Assembly: GCA_028867115.1 (NCBI GenBank) | Contig: JAGWGY010000001.1 | Coordinates: 8,380-72,379 of the forward strand | Origin: Candidatus Micrarchaeota archaeon | GTDB lineage: Archaea > Micrarchaeota > Micrarchaeia > Micrarchaeales > CABMGC01 | Length of the DNA stretch: 64,000 bases | Reading direction: 5' to 3' | Shown: positions 63,774 through 64,000 of the stretch, piece after piece | Numbering within the stretch: position 1 is the stretch's first letter | Layout: each line of letters opens with the position of its first letter | Notes under the pieces: generated by a model | What the model was told of the DNA's origin: nothing | Databases searched by the model: none | The model's input: the letters and a program-made list of their open reading frames with translations, nothing else | Program-made: the position numbers and the translations under genes

Positions 63774-63989
63774 TCAGCCAAACAGGTATCCGAATCCGCT
63801 CTCGGCCTTTGACTGTTCTTCAGCAATCGAAGCTATAATCTTTTTCTCCGTCTCCGGATCCGCCCTCTTGACCCCTTCCAGTTGGGCGGCGAGCTTCTTG
63901 TCCGCCTTTTCAAGGAACTCTTCCGTTGCGCTTATGTAGAGGTAGTTCTTCTCCCGGTCGAGGCCCAGGGCCGCGCCCTCCTTTATCAT
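63774..63989 (-). CDS. small hypothetical protein ending in a stalk-like GFGYLFG tail (may extend beyond window)
   Basis: 71 aa in window, no upstream stop before the window edge; C-terminus EEQSKAESGFGYLFG. Confidence 0.4.
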   Translation of the reverse strand: MIKEGAALGLDREKNYLYISATEEFLEKADKKLAAQLEGVKRADPETEKKIIASIAEEQSKAESGFGYLFG

Positions 63990-64000
63990 GCAGGTCTGCC

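Overview
All calls here are by eye from the sequence and ORF track; no database search was run. The window looks like an archaeal chromosome segment. It carries archaeal-specific ribosomal proteins (eS4, eL32, eL19), RNase P proteins Rpp29 and Rpp21, Spt5, a split RNA polymerase operon (rpoH-B''-B'-A'-A''), SRP54, archaeal DtdA, and an intron-containing tRNA.

About two thirds is core information-processing DNA. This includes a fragmented ribosomal-protein cluster at 2.7-9.0 kb, with L30-L15 displaced to 16.6 kb, Spt5-L11 inverted at 13.9 kb, and L1-P0-P1 at 21.5 kb. It also includes a stand-alone 5S rRNA, two tandem polyprenyl synthases, TldD/PmbA, and the RNAP operon at 41.4-48.6 kb. The scattered core operons, small gene sizes and a tRNA-Ile(UAU) suggest a small-genome (DPANN-like) archaeon. 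That assignment is inference only.

The accessory content is the interesting part:
1. A tRNA-Ala gene (48909-48980) whose 3' end recurs as three degenerate direct repeats (about 50.25, 54.25 and 54.81 kb). The repeats divide a mosaic region into integrase-less modules: an AT-rich two-gene module, a trehalose-synthesis/MscS/DUF1059/transposase-remnant module, and a hicBA mini-cassette.
2. Directly after the last repeat, a strongly AT-rich 10-gene operon (54.9-60.8 kb) encoding an Epd/Tad-like archaeal type IV pilus. It has an ATPase, a platform protein split into two genes, and six or seven pilin-like genes with Q-x-S-x-E class III signal peptides. No prepilin peptidase is present.
3. Two tandem paralogous ~540-aa proteins (26.5-29.9 kb) with the same pilin-type signal peptide, poly-Thr/Ser linkers and large globular domains. 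Two further N-glycosylation-sequon-rich surface proteins lie nearby.

Small genes missed by the ORF track were found by hand translation: uS14, a uL29-like ORF, an eL41-like ORF, a DUF1059 ORF and a basic 24-aa mini-gene.
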